A program made the position numbers and the translations under genes. DNA of 36,801 bases from a virus (Duplodnaviria; Caudoviricetes): positions 1 through 36,801 of IMG/VR virus record IMGVR_UViG_3300038675_000028; one strand, written 5' to 3'. The first letter of the stretch is position 1; the number at the start of each line of letters is the position of its first letter. The notes beneath the pieces were generated by a model, which did not search any database, had not been told where the DNA came from, and saw only the letters and a list, made by a program, of their open reading frames with translations. This document shows positions 24,301 through 32,610 of this stretch, piece by piece.

Positions 24301-27187
24301 ACAGAAGTATTGCGATATACTTCAATCGAGTGAGAATACCCATTTTCTCGACGTTTGTATTCAATGCAGTAGCCGCAGCCTCTTTGATTTGCTCCGCTGT
24401 CAATCCTTCAGTCGTAATTCTTTGACGAAGTTGCGCGGCCGCTACGCTATCCGACATGACGATTGCCAATTCATCCTGGGTCAATCCTGCCGCCATAATA
24501 GCGTTGTAGCTTTCATTGGTCAGGCCCAATGCTTGGAGAGCACTTGCGCGACTTGCTTCTGCGCGAAGCAGACTTTGTTCTGCCTGATATTTCGCCTGCG
24601 CGGTAGCAGTTCCAGCTTGTTCAACAGCCGCCTTACGAGCCTCGGCGTTGGATACGTGTTCAATAGACACTTGCAAAGCATCGTATTGAGTTTTGATTGC
24701 TGGGTCAATTTTCAGCCCGCCGCCTTTACCAATCCAGAACTTTTTATTGAACATCGACTTAACAGAAGTACCAAAAGCAATAACGCCATTGCGCATTGTC
24801 TTCAGCCCATCAAGCGTTGTCTTAGTCAAAGCCTTAATTGGTGCCTTAGTAGCTGCCAAATTAACAAAGAAAGCATCGAAAATCGCGCTTCCTGCTTTCA
24901 AACCAGCCATCGCCAAAGCGAATTTTGCAACACCACTTGTTGCGGTAGAAACTTCGTTAGAGACGCCCGGAATCAAACCAACGACCTTGCCAACACCATC
25001 AGTAAGAGCATTGACACCGTTAATCAATCCAGTAAGTCCGTCAACCGCGGCCTTAATAACCGCGCTATTCGCCAGACCCATAGTAAAAGCATCCCAAGCA
25101 TTAGCCAGCTTGTTCAACTGACTCTCCAGCGATTCAGTCGTCTTCTGGAACTGCTTCTCACTGGCGCCGGCGCTATTATGCGCTGCATCCACCAGTTCCA
25201 AAGTACGCTCGTAATCACTCATCATAGCGATGAAACGAGACTGTTGACGAGAACCAGCCGCCATAGTGGCAATGTAACGCTGTGTATTAGTATCCAGCGA
25301 GTTCCACTTCGATGCAACCTCCAGGAATACGTCATCCAAATCCCGGAATTGCCCAGTCGTATCCCTCAGTGCCACACCAATAGTCTTCAGCGCAGTTTCA
25401 ATCTTGTTAGCGTCAACTTCTTCCCCGTCAACCAATCCAATCTCTGCCGGGTCTTTTTTCAACTCTTGGAAACGGGCGATAACCGTTTTCATAGCCGTAC
25501 CAGCAGTCTCGGCAGATTCACGAGTAGTCTCAATAATCTGAGACAGGAACGCCGCGGTAGTCTCAAACTCCATGTTAGCGTTATTCGCAATAGACGCCGT
25601 CTTCGTCATAGCAGTAGAAATCTCCTGCGTATCAGACGCCGTAATAGCCGCCAGCTTGGAGTAAACATCATTTACTCGTTGAGCAGATGTCTCATTCAGT
25701 TCCATATTGAAACCACGAAGTGCGGCAGTCATCATGTTAGTTGCTTCGGTATAATCCATACCAGCAATCCGCGCCATCTTCATGGTTTCTGTACTAATCT
25801 CAAAGACTTCGTTAGTCTTCAAACCCTGTTGATAGAACAGAGTCATAGTTTGATACGCGCCCAGTGTGGTAGTTCCCAGTGCATTAGCCGTATCAGTGAA
25901 CTGTGGAAGTTTATCCCACATATCGCCAACACTGAAATCAGTCACCACCGCAGTTTCTGTCATGGCTTTGTCAAGTTCTTTGACAGTGTTCATGGCAGAA
26001 CGAATTGCGTTACAGAACAGGTTAATAGAGTTTGTCAGACCGAAGAAGTACTGAATACGATGTTTCAGCCCATCAACTTCGCGTGATTGACGATTGAAGT
26101 CCTCCATCGCAGCGCCAGCTTCGCGGTTCTTCCCCGCAAATTCATCCATAGCTGGCGCGCCCTGCTCAACGGCGCCATTCAGTTGCTCAAATCCTTGTTT
26201 CAGTTGGGTCAACGCGTTTGCATCCAAAGATGCAATCGCTTGTCGCATACCATCAATCGTATTCGGGAATTGACTAATATCCAATCCCTGAATTTGAGAC
26301 AGAGCAGTATACAAATTTTGGAGAGCCTTTGTGTCACCAGCACTCTGCAACTTATTCAAAGTTGCAGTCATATTGCTCAACTCATTCTGCGCATCGGTCA
26401 AAGATTGCTGAAGTTTCTGAACCTCTGCCGCCTGACGGTTGAACGTAGTGGTGTTATTAAAGGTCTGCTGCATATCATCGAACTTTTGTTGAGCATCCCC
26501 AACTTTCTGTTCAAGGTCAGCAATCTCCTGGGTCAGCGCACGATATTTGCTCGACTTAGCCGGCGCCTTCAACGAAGCAGCAAGTGCCTCGGCTTTTTGT
26601 TGTGTTTGAACCAGTTGAGCCTGATAGCCTTCCAGTTCAGTTTTAGCAGCGCCGAGGTCCTTCTCCATCTGTTTATAATCAGCAGGAGTAACCGTATTCT
26701 TACCTTGCGCCGCCGCCATTTTATTATTCAGACTATCAATCGCTGCTTTCTGCTTATCAATAGCCTTTGTCTGCGCGTCAATTTCCTTTGCAGTCTGACT
26801 AACAGCCGCATTGTACGTATCCAGCGCCTCGTGCGCAGTTTCAATGTTATTCGCTACGCTTGGCGGAAACAGCTTAGAAAGTTCCTTATCGCTCAGTGAA
26901 CCAAGCTGGCGCACAGACACTTGCAGGCTGTGATACAGCGAGAGAATCTTCTCGCCAGACTTCGACAGATTCTTAAAGTCCGACGCAGATTCCAGTCCTT
27001 TGGCGGCTTGCTGTTCAAAGTTCGCAATCTCGCGCGTCAGATTATCCATCGTCTTAGTAAAACTATTGGCGATGTTCTGCGGCATTGTAACATTAGAAAA
27101 GGCTCTCTGAATCTCACCAACGGCGCTCTTGACTTGCGCGATATTCATCGAAGCATCAAACACAATGCTTACTCTTTTGTCCGCCAT
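18323..27187 (-). CDS. Tape measure protein (~2954 aa)
   Basis: ATG 27187 with AAGGAGG; long helical Ala/Gln-rich sequence, TP901-type core (ELDKAMTE..TRESAETAGTAMKT..AGSRQQSRF), hydrophobic stretches, C-terminal YAHGG..PEAVLN motif. Confidence 0.93.
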   Translation of the reverse strand: MADKRVSIVFDASMNIAQVKSAVGEIQRAFSNVTMPQNIANSFTKTMDNLTREIANFEQQAAKGLESASDFKNLSKSGEKILSLYHSLQVSVRQLGSLSDKELSKLFPPSVANNIETAHEALDTYNAAVSQTAKEIDAQTKAIDKQKAAIDSLNNKMAAAQGKNTVTPADYKQMEKDLGAAKTELEGYQAQLVQTQQKAEALAASLKAPAKSSKYRALTQEIADLEQKVGDAQQKFDDMQQTFNNTTTFNRQAAEVQKLQQSLTDAQNELSNMTATLNKLQSAGDTKALQNLYTALSQIQGLDISQFPNTIDGMRQAIASLDANALTQLKQGFEQLNGAVEQGAPAMDEFAGKNREAGAAMEDFNRQSREVDGLKHRIQYFFGLTNSINLFCNAIRSAMNTVKELDKAMTETAVVTDFSVGDMWDKLPQFTDTANALGTTTLGAYQTMTLFYQQGLKTNEVFEISTETMKMARIAGMDYTEATNMMTAALRGFNMELNETSAQRVNDVYSKLAAITASDTQEISTAMTKTASIANNANMEFETTAAFLSQIIETTRESAETAGTAMKTVIARFQELKKDPAEIGLVDGEEVDANKIETALKTIGVALRDTTGQFRDLDDVFLEVASKWNSLDTNTQRYIATMAAGSRQQSRFIAMMSDYERTLELVDAAHNSAGASEKQFQKTTESLESQLNKLANAWDAFTMGLANSAVIKAAVDGLTGLINGVNALTDGVGKVVGLIPGVSNEVSTATSGVAKFALAMAGLKAGSAIFDAFFVNLAATKAPIKALTKTTLDGLKTMRNGVIAFGTSVKSMFNKKFWIGKGGGLKIDPAIKTQYDALQVSIEHVSNAEARKAAVEQAGTATAQAKYQAEQSLLRAEASRASALQALGLTNESYNAIMAAGLTQDELAIVMSDSVAAAQLRQRITTEGLTAEQIKEAAATALNTNVEKMGILTRLKYIAILLFGTKQARADAAAKLGMAAATAGATGAQTGLNAAMLACPLGWIIAGIVALIAAVYLLWKAYEAGTPEKQLENARKAADAAADLVDGARKSVDELKTSLDELVDSYSNLDNLTKGTDAWRESVMSTNSQVLDLIKNYKELASFVTNKNGVLTIDVKSSEVQGIIQKKENDLILGESMKAMEDITVRQGEQDLDYSHLNDQARVNEKVYYYDNYGYGYEGTQEHITKEEYDSYIAQGRGAEVSVGVSSNRQLTEALAEAIASGKIFNDDTDGSYQDEILSWLTSQDLNGMASEDITAMSVALADNVDNLRAFGESLIASNASIETYRSALINNAKDYSNLDEHFQGDLVNQLDDSVFTGKLDEKINDETATITEGEDKNGNLSREDLQEYADLSQGKYEVSSNGKKIVDAESGEDVDITNAHIKQQLAAARATESLSNDMMNIADVFKNISNTAGADKAEDLAALMSSNGENISKQMLKSYAEAFANPAEIDWDSFAKDYNFDSMEQMAEAFGMSVEDMTNLIGNNFSNATNALNKRRTQIVGAVKKANKSTGKSYETIINELQGLEDKFDAVGADFNVIFDNVSANLARSGSEEISNAGIKEFWKMANDDSNSVAMIQSLDSFVSSIDWSNPIEAVYSLNQELANGTGLSQQFAAKMLVAGKNAYSAGKQMQYMLKSEAFEDVQEDINEIIAANGKLAASDVYDLASSYKTLDKFMANTGVTANDVAKALTAISKGKINMNQLTNAVLAALSSFDSLDGVVAKVLKTLEDFDPGADENDIAEFIKDAYETINENLEKVAIGNNQNFSYFDLLFGPQWRQKTDEDGNIIDLAGDELVEKMTYMNEKLRQNSEDMRQSWADLAAGKDIYGEAAGDLGGLSIVDTGQKIELTGFEGMTTQDILEKLQNAYHVSETYAEMMLGDFKNYSADLAKEFKENDYAAAVQEMYDSARLVFQASANGTNFKRFVAKRIIDESEIKAVADTIGVSYDQLKADLEAKGALISNFYDEEGFLRKTSEIVAEAKRVLVSATADESALWYSDFLKKVDTENKINILDYDQMQRVMNDLNIPQEKFTEVATAFVQDIRRNLGEDQTVYLDYQLSDGSVTSLEITPDIDVETAIRNAETELQNSELAQAVADAFAGMEVTLGLDEGSVQQVVTTITDEVTGEEYTIQVTTDDTNMNTVRQTIKDTVEKMTPMPKLSIETKTQMIKDAINNLNLTKEVKLTYTVTNPGVLNPSSATVPGHATGIKDSPKTHPALVAEDGPELIRTKRGAYVAEKPQMARIEKGDTVYTADQTKEILNRGPEDMFPQFATGYNAQWKYDQNGGGDLADEPDLWKNPYDWLYNLTEKINENLRVRNNLEKKFQILQKRGQTNFKIASDYYDKQFELMSETYDLQKEMMNKRLGEMQRFLNENAEMAKYGTFNFDKMRIEIDWDLINSLDQTENTEEGQKIEDYISKLKDIQDAIEDAEGAMLDAQLEYEELRAQLHEDYITLEDRVIAALEQIDRNEVEALNQVYDAITDADKDLLEAMREQINEYRTARSNAESKEDIAKKERRLAYMRQDTSGSNQVDILKLEDEIEKARQQYQDQLVDQALTNLQTQQDYAAEQRDKQIALMESQIDWSVKNGVYAQQAAAVLQELQNSPDGLVTTDSKLYQILYEGEQWKSKSPTAIADMLAELQRLAEAVVEISKISSIENGGSGVYNPDIDYMAEMMKAYAAAGGQMTGKIIELNALRNQKIRDNPDLAAKYPELTDSQIEQELRTWWNNGGKNTQPATGITSNPYVSNTPQNLPTTATTTTNKPTTTTQTPQTTPTNQNAGNFSVGSYVRVAKGAVFASNGLPIIESVRSNGVVDGKPGAFKILKDAGNGNYYIGRAWTNTGVTGLMNKKYLTAYAHGGLADFTGPAWLDGTPSKPEAVLNAQDTRNFFELRDILRETLDGAASINKGGDTYQFDIDVNDPHVESDYDVDAMVARVERDIYDKSIYRNVNAVSRLK

Positions 27188-27212
27188 CTTCTCAACCTCC
27201 TTAAATAATAAA

Positions 27213-27248
27213 TATCGGCATCGACTCCATTCCAAGTCGATGCCGATA
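27213..27248 (-). terminator. Hairpin/terminator upstream of the tape measure gene
   Basis: TATCGGCATCGACT-8 nt-AGTCGATGCCGATA, 14-bp perfect stem followed by TTTATTATTT on the - strand. Confidence 0.7.
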
Positions 27249-27251
27249 CCA

Positions 27252-28046
27252 TTACATATCAGTGTCTATGTCGTCATTGAGGAAGGTAAGTGTCATTGCC
27301 CTTTGTTTCCCCCTTGGCCCAACCGGACAAGCATAAGCATCCAATTTACCAACAACTGGATTCACTTCGCTGCCAAGTCGCATAGATATATCAGACATCA
27401 ATTTTAACTTGGGAATATGGAGTATTCCCGTTCTATTTTGCCCGGTAATATCATCCTTCACTCTCGTTCTTCCCTCAAAGGAGAAAAAGCCGTTTGTCAA
27501 CTGGCCGCCAATCACCAATCGCGCGGCGCCGCCTTTGTATTCAAAGGCATAGTCGGCAATAACAGTCAAATACGGTGTGCTTACCTTCACACTTTTTTCT
27601 GTTACCGGCTCAAAATTAACTCGCTCCCCAGTTTTCAAATCATACAAAAAGCAATAATCCATAGGTGTCTCACTGAACTCAACAATCCCATCATCATCAC
27701 TTTCAAGCTGCTCGCGCCGAGTAAGGTAAATTGGTTCTCCTTCATCAATTCGCGCCAGCTTACGATTTGTCATTAACGCCAACTGGGTATTTGAAAAGAT
27801 GCCTTGGGTGAATTGCACCTTAACATCTTTTGTTGTTTCCCACCACACATGGTCTCTATCATCGGCACCACCATGCGCAGTCCACACCTTCACGGTGTCG
27901 TCAAAAGTAGCAACCATTACCTTATCAAATGCAGCAATAGTCTCATTTGCTTCAAACTTTTGACCATTTACCTCTATATTAGAAGTAGCCTTAATGGAGC
28001 AAGAATACAATTCTCGCATCCCAAATTCAAAATTCGATTCTGCCAT
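27252..28046 (-). CDS. Tail-tube-like protein (paralogue of the major tail protein)
   Basis: 264 aa, AAGGAGG RBS; aligns by eye with 28545..29402 (FGMRE/YGIKE; GG..W..K.V; IPKLKL/IPKAKV). Confidence 0.7.
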   Translation of the reverse strand: MAESNFEFGMRELYSCSIKATSNIEVNGQKFEANETIAAFDKVMVATFDDTVKVWTAHGGADDRDHVWWETTKDVKVQFTQGIFSNTQLALMTNRKLARIDEGEPIYLTRREQLESDDDGIVEFSETPMDYCFLYDLKTGERVNFEPVTEKSVKVSTPYLTVIADYAFEYKGGAARLVIGGQLTNGFFSFEGRTRVKDDITGQNRTGILHIPKLKLMSDISMRLGSEVNPVVGKLDAYACPVGPRGKQRAMTLTFLNDDIDTDM

Positions 28047-28109
28047 AATTCCTCCTTATCAGCGCCGACTGCGTCCAATGTACATCCATCATACACCTCT
28101 CGCGCAGCT

Positions 28110-28140
28110 AAAAAAGGAGAGTGGTTTACACCACTCTCCT
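28110..28140 (-). terminator. Intrinsic terminator after the major tail gene and its extension
   Basis: 11-bp stem AGGAGAGTGGT/ACCACTCTCCT, GUAA loop and U-run on the - strand. Confidence 0.85.
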
Positions 28141-28149
28141 AATCAGCTT

Positions 28150-28548
28150 TTATGCCGTCCAATTAGAGTTGACTGTGTAGGTCGTAGTCTTCCCATCAGC
28201 AGTCACATCAATCGTAACGGTACTCGCGCCTTCCTTCAGAATGAACCAAAGGTCTGCGTTGTCAGCGCTTCCGGTATAAGTCTTCTCCTTGACCCAAGTG
28301 CTGCCGTCCTGAGAGATAGACGGGTCGTCACTGAACTCCGCCAAAGCGGGGTTGGTCTGCTTCACCGTGAAAGTACCGCTGTCAGGCAGGATGCCTTTCA
28401 GGCACATGGCGATAACGGGTTCAGCACTCATATCCCCGAACAGGCCCTCTGCGTCAGTGCTGGAGACGCCAGTGACCACGTCGGTGCCGGTCACGGTGAA
28501 GGTGTTACCAGACGCCTTCACCGTGACGCCGCTATTTGAGGACGTTAA
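28150..28548 (-). CDS. Beta-rich (Ig-like) C-terminal extension of the major tail protein, reached by -1 frameshift
   Basis: Open -1 frame from the slip site (LTSSNSGVTVKASG..TVTIDVTADGKTTTYTVN), no RBS of its own, Thr/Val-rich strands. Confidence 0.75.
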   Translation of the reverse strand, partial: LTSSNSGVTVKASGNTFTVTGTDVVTGVSSTDAEGLFGDMSAEPVIAMCLKGILPDSGTFTVKQTNPALAEFSDDPSISQDGSTWVKEKTYTGSADNADLWFILKEGASTVTIDVTADGKTTTYTVNSNWTA

Positions 28549-29402
28549 GGGTTTTCGCTTTCCTCAGGGTCGGCCATGTTATTCACTTCCAGCGCGTGAT
28601 TGTGAATAATGTCGGCGTTGGTCTCAGAAGCGTCCTCGGGGTCGAGGGCCTCATACTTGACCAGCTTCATCATGATGCCGTCAGCGGGACGCATAACGCG
28701 CAGGTTCATGTTGAAGACAGAGGGGTCGCCTTCGGCCTCCATGGTGATGGTGTTCTCGGACTGCACCTTGGCCTTGGGGATGATGAACTGGAAGAACTCG
28801 TCCAGACCGCTGGCCTCGGAACGGGCGTAGGTGTCGCCGGTGACGTAGTAGGTGCCGGGGAAGCTGTTCGCAGAAATCTCGATAACAGAGCCGCTGACCT
28901 TGATATCGAAAGTGCAGAAGAACTTGCCGCCCTTCACCAGTTCAGTCACGTTCTTGCCGGTGGCGTCGTAGAACTTGGGGTTGATTTTCTTGTAGGTGCG
29001 ACCATCGGGGCCGGTGAAACGAGGAGTCCAACCAGAACCAGCGGTGTCCTCAACAGGCAGAGCGGTGTCGGTAGCCACGAAGGTCTCGGTCTTCATGATG
29101 TAGGCGGTATCGCCGCTGTAAGGCTTGACCTTACCATTGCCGAACATGATAGCCATGGACTTAGCAGAGAACAGAGCGTCCTCAAGGGTCACAGTAATCT
29201 CCTTACCATAGTCCCAGATGATAAGAGGAGCATTACCCTTGCCGCCAGTAGACTCGGCTTCCTCACCGGACTGCTCAAGAGTAGACACCTTCAGAGTGTC
29301 CAGGAACAGAGCAGGGTTGGTAGGCGCGCCGTTATTGTCCAGCTCGTAGAAGGTAACGTCAGCAACCTCCTTGATGCCATAACGGTCGAGAATGTTGGCC
29401 AT
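28545..29402 (-). CDS. Major tail (tube) protein
   Basis: 285 aa, AAAGGAGG RBS, strongly biased codons; YGIKEVADV..GGKGN..IPKAK..GDPSVF pattern; position between connectors and tape measure. Confidence 0.85.
   Translation of the reverse strand: MANILDRYGIKEVADVTFYELDNNGAPTNPALFLDTLKVSTLEQSGEEAESTGGKGNAPLIIWDYGKEITVTLEDALFSAKSMAIMFGNGKVKPYSGDTAYIMKTETFVATDTALPVEDTAGSGWTPRFTGPDGRTYKKINPKFYDATGKNVTELVKGGKFFCTFDIKVSGSVIEISANSFPGTYYVTGDTYARSEASGLDEFFQFIIPKAKVQSENTITMEAEGDPSVFNMNLRVMRPADGIMMKLVKYEALDPEDASETNADIIHNHALEVNNMADPEESENP
28548..28554 (-). other. Programmed -1 frameshift site A-AAC-CCT before TAA
   Basis: X-XXY-YYZ heptamer at the last two codons of the tail tube gene; GAGGA SD-like sequence just upstream. 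Confidence 0.72.
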
Positions 29403-29423
29403 CTCAAAAGCCTCCTTTAGATG

Positions 29424-30161
29424 TTATTCATTCCTAATCCAATATTTGGGCTTGACTTTCTTTTTGTCAGCGCCCGCTTGCAGACTGCGCACATCCATAT
29501 CGAACTTTTCCTTCTCTTGGTAAGTCCGAAGCAGAGGCCCAATGGCTGCATAGCTTAACTCTCCGATATTAAGTGGGTTTATTCCCAACCCCATACAAGA
29601 AATTGAAACAATGAGAGTTTCCAATGAAATTCCGAGTCCTTGTTTCTGTTTAATCTTGTCACGATAGCGCGCCTTTGCTTTAATGCGCGAGACGCGCGGG
29701 TCCTCTTTTGGATTGGGCCGCTCAACGGTTTTTTCACCCATTGAAACTCTCACCATGTTTTGAAAGTCGAAGAAATTTTCTTCATTGAGATAGCGCAAAT
29801 CGTTCAATGTCTGCGCCGCGCTCAACTGCTCTTCCAAATCACCAATGAGAATTAGCTTCTTATCGTAGATAAATTGGACTGGTTCGCGGATGAAAAAGTT
29901 AAATGCTTCCACAGCAATCTGACGATATTCAGCACTTTGGTAAGCATTTACGAGAAGAAACTCAAGCGGAGTGGGAAATTTTTCCTTTTTGTCGAGTTTT
30001 TCGACTAACTCGTCTTGAACTTCCTCTTGAGAAGTAGTTAAAATTTTTACCCATAAAGGGAAATGGCGCTTGGCGCTGACATCCTTAATAGTAGGCGGAT
30101 AGACCGTAAGAATGTCATTAAATTCTAACCCTTCTCCGACGAGAAAAGCAGCATTAGGCAT
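29424..30161 (-). CDS. Tail morphogenesis protein, possibly assembly-chaperone-like
   Basis: 245 aa helical protein in the neck/tail cluster; function inferred from position only. Confidence 0.5.
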   Translation of the reverse strand: MPNAAFLVGEGLEFNDILTVYPPTIKDVSAKRHFPLWVKILTTSQEEVQDELVEKLDKKEKFPTPLEFLLVNAYQSAEYRQIAVEAFNFFIREPVQFIYDKKLILIGDLEEQLSAAQTLNDLRYLNEENFFDFQNMVRVSMGEKTVERPNPKEDPRVSRIKAKARYRDKIKQKQGLGISLETLIVSISCMGLGINPLNIGELSYAAIGPLLRTYQEKEKFDMDVRSLQAGADKKKVKPKYWIRNE

Positions 30162-30645
30162 AGGATACTAAAACAAAGGTCTGCTCGAAATCTGTCATTT
30201 CGTCAGAACCGAAGTTGAAGTCAAAATCTCCGCCTTTCATCTTACCTAAGCCGTTGATGGTTTTATTGTTAAGGCTTTCTTGGATTTCACCAAGAATCGC
30301 GTAAGGGCGCAAATTTGTTCCCTTAATCAGCCATTGGGTGATGGGGACAAATACCTCAACAGTGAAAACTACCGTTTTGAACTCTGTGTTCTCCGCAATC
30401 CCCGCGGATTTGCGCGCCACCACTGACACCACCGCATTGGAATACTCTGTCGGGTCCAGGCGCGGCACAATCTTGAGTAACTTATTGAATAAGAACTTTT
30501 CTTTCTGTTCATCGGTCAGATTGGGATGGGAAAGAGGGTCTGAATCGGTGTAATATAGCAACTTGCAAAGGTCATCATTCGCCATAAGGCGCCGGACAAT
30601 CTTCTGCATATTCTCACCAATGTCGCGGCAATTACGAATAGCCAT
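30154..30645 (-). CDS. Putative tail terminator/completion protein
   Basis: ATG 30645 with GGAGG RBS (MAIRNCRD..), 163 aa; position before tail genes. Confidence 0.55.
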   Translation of the reverse strand: MAIRNCRDIGENMQKIVRRLMANDDLCKLLYYTDSDPLSHPNLTDEQKEKFLFNKLLKIVPRLDPTEYSNAVVSVVARKSAGIAENTEFKTVVFTVEVFVPITQWLIKGTNLRPYAILGEIQESLNNKTINGLGKMKGGDFDFNFGSDEMTDFEQTFVLVSYA

Positions 30646-30646
30646 A

Positions 30647-31399
30647 TCAGTTTCCCTCCTTTCCTTGCAGCCAGAAGAAATCGTCAGGATTATCCCCCGG
30701 TTCGGGTTTTGGAATTGGAGTATGGTCACGGGTATACACGGGGTCAACTGTGACAAACTCAACACCAGGGGTGGATACGAAGTCATAACCAGTAACCCGA
30801 AAAGCCTGGGTAATACCTTGGTCGCTCAACTCGAAGTAATCCTCTTTTTGAATTGCCGGATTTGTCGGGCAAATAAAGAAGCTGCTCTTCAAGTTTTCGT
30901 TGTAGAGAACGTCAGAGCGACTGCGCGACTTCAATTCATCCTTCAACATATTATCTTCTTGACCATAGAAATATGCTGGGGTAGAGTGCTCAACGCCGTC
31001 CCGGTCTTTCCAAGTGATGGTATGCGTCATACGGAGCATAATGTAACGATTGTACCCACTGGCGCGGAACTTTTCCAGATAGTAGACCATCCAGGGCTTA
31101 TATTCCTCGCTTTTGTTGAAATCTTGCAACATCAACATCGTCCCACCAGGCAACACAAGGTCAACCTTAGTGAGCAAATGATGCAAGGTTCTCGTCTCAT
31201 TTTGCTTATACGGCTCAAACACACCTGGATGTACCAGCGGCGCGCCTTCTTCGTCTATCCCGTACTCAAAGTCCAAACGATAGATAGATTTCAAAAGCAA
31301 ATTGTCGAAAAAACGTTCACGCTGTCCTTGAGTTCTTGTTTGATAGTCATAACCGTACCGATTCAGTCGGCGCCGGTAGACATCTTCATAGTAGCCCAT
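30647..31399 (-). CDS. Putative head closure protein
   Basis: 250 aa beta-rich protein in the connector cluster, GAGG RBS; function inferred from synteny. Confidence 0.55.
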   Translation of the reverse strand: MGYYEDVYRRRLNRYGYDYQTRTQGQRERFFDNLLLKSIYRLDFEYGIDEEGAPLVHPGVFEPYKQNETRTLHHLLTKVDLVLPGGTMLMLQDFNKSEEYKPWMVYYLEKFRASGYNRYIMLRMTHTITWKDRDGVEHSTPAYFYGQEDNMLKDELKSRSRSDVLYNENLKSSFFICPTNPAIQKEDYFELSDQGITQAFRVTGYDFVSTPGVEFVTVDPVYTRDHTPIPKPEPGDNPDDFFWLQGKEGN

Positions 31400-31401
31400 A
31401 T

Positions 31402-31686
31402 TTACTTTTCCTCAGTTGCCCACTTGGAAACCAAGTTCATGCAATCGAAGATAGTAGTTCTGAAGTACTCGTACCTCAGATAGCGAAGACTGGACAACTT
31501 GTAATACAGGATGTAATAGTTAATGGTCTTGTCCTTTTCGTCATAGCCCATCAACTCAATGAGAATGGCATCAAGGAACTTATCCCAATCGCGCCCTTTC
31601 TCAAATTCACACAGAAGCCCAAACAGCCGATTCTTCAACTTATTCCCATAGGCTTCCAGCATTGTCGCATTACTAATCTGCATCAC
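31402..31686 (-). CDS. Hypothetical protein (connector region)
   Basis: 94 aa helical ORF coupled to both neighbours. Confidence 0.7.
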   Translation of the reverse strand: MMQISNATMLEAYGNKLKNRLFGLLCEFEKGRDWDKFLDAILIELMGYDEKDKTINYYILYYKLSSLRYLRYEYFRTTIFDCMNLVSKWATEEK

Positions 31687-32111
31687 TTACCACCTGCCAA
31701 TTTGCTGTATTTGTAAGGTTTTCCCTTACGAGAGCGATAGTAAATGCTCTCCAACCACTCAGCATTTTTCCGTTCTGCGGCAAGCGTATTCTTCATCTTA
31801 TCCAGCAGATTTGCCTGGGAGAAATCGCGTTCCTCATACAAAGGCTTCACATTCTCCCAAGTCATAATGCAGCGGTTGAGCCACTCACATTTCATGTAAT
31901 TGGCGATGATTTGAATTTCTTCGGGACCAAGGTCTTCGCTAAATCCTTCGTCCGTCCGCTCAAGAGACACGCGTGGGAATCTGAACCAGACTACTGCCGC
32001 CTCCAAGATGGCGCGCCAGTCTTGCTCAACGTTTTCCTCGGCCCAATTCTCCCATTCGTCTTCCAGGATTCGGGCCAAAAAAGCATCGTAAACCTTTTGG
32101 AAGGGTGTCAT
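31683..32111 (-). CDS. Putative head-tail adaptor
   Basis: 142 aa helical, MTPFQKVYDAFL..DFSQANLL; AAGGAGG RBS; synteny after the capsid genes. Confidence 0.6.
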   Translation of the reverse strand: MTPFQKVYDAFLARILEDEWENWAEENVEQDWRAILEAAVVWFRFPRVSLERTDEGFSEDLGPEEIQIIANYMKCEWLNRCIMTWENVKPLYEERDFSQANLLDKMKNTLAAERKNAEWLESIYYRSRKGKPYKYSKLAGGK

Positions 32112-32112
32112 A

Positions 32113-32610
32113 TTAACCCTCCTTCTTCGCCGGCTCCTCGTTGGCTTTCTTCAACTCAATAGCGCGCACCACATCGATGCCAGACATCTGCTTCATAATG
32201 TCCATACGCTCCAAGGAAAGAGTAGAGCCGTGTTCAACCATGTAAGACGCAATTTCGCGCTTCTGGTTATCGGTCAGCTTGCGCAGGGCCGCCTTGAACT
32301 CGTTTGCGGGCATAACAGTAACCATGCGCTTGATGTACTCGTCGCTCAGTCCAATCAGGTTGACAGGCTCGGTAGCATCTTCCGGCTCCAGACCCATTTC
32401 CTTCTTGACGTCCATATCCATGATGAACAGCACGCCGTGCTTGAGCATATTGTTGAAGCCGATGTCGTACATCATAACATCGAAGATATCCTTATCAACC
32501 TTCACAACTGCTCCCTTACGAGGCCATTGGAACCTACGGTTAATCTCGCGCAGATTCACTCCGACTGTCGCGCTCACCATGCTCTTGATGCTAATCTTGT
32601 TGTCACTCAT
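32113..32610 (-). CDS. Hypothetical protein downstream of the major capsid gene
   Basis: 165 aa, AAAGGAG RBS, biased codons. Confidence 0.75.
   Translation of the reverse strand: MSDNKISIKSMVSATVGVNLREINRRFQWPRKGAVVKVDKDIFDVMMYDIGFNNMLKHGVLFIMDMDVKKEMGLEPEDATEPVNLIGLSDEYIKRMVTVMPANEFKAALRKLTDNQKREIASYMVEHGSTLSLERMDIMKQMSGIDVVRAIELKKANEEPAKKEG

Noticed and set aside
12935-26899. Series of long + strand ORFs (312-757 aa) opposite the tail-tip, Dit and tape measure genes
   Set aside because: Mirror frames of real - strand genes; no motifs or RBSs.
28027-28092. 21-codon mini-ORF (MMDVHWTQ..) on the - strand after the tail terminator
   Set aside because: SD spacing is too short and it overlaps the next gene's RBS; no supporting evidence.
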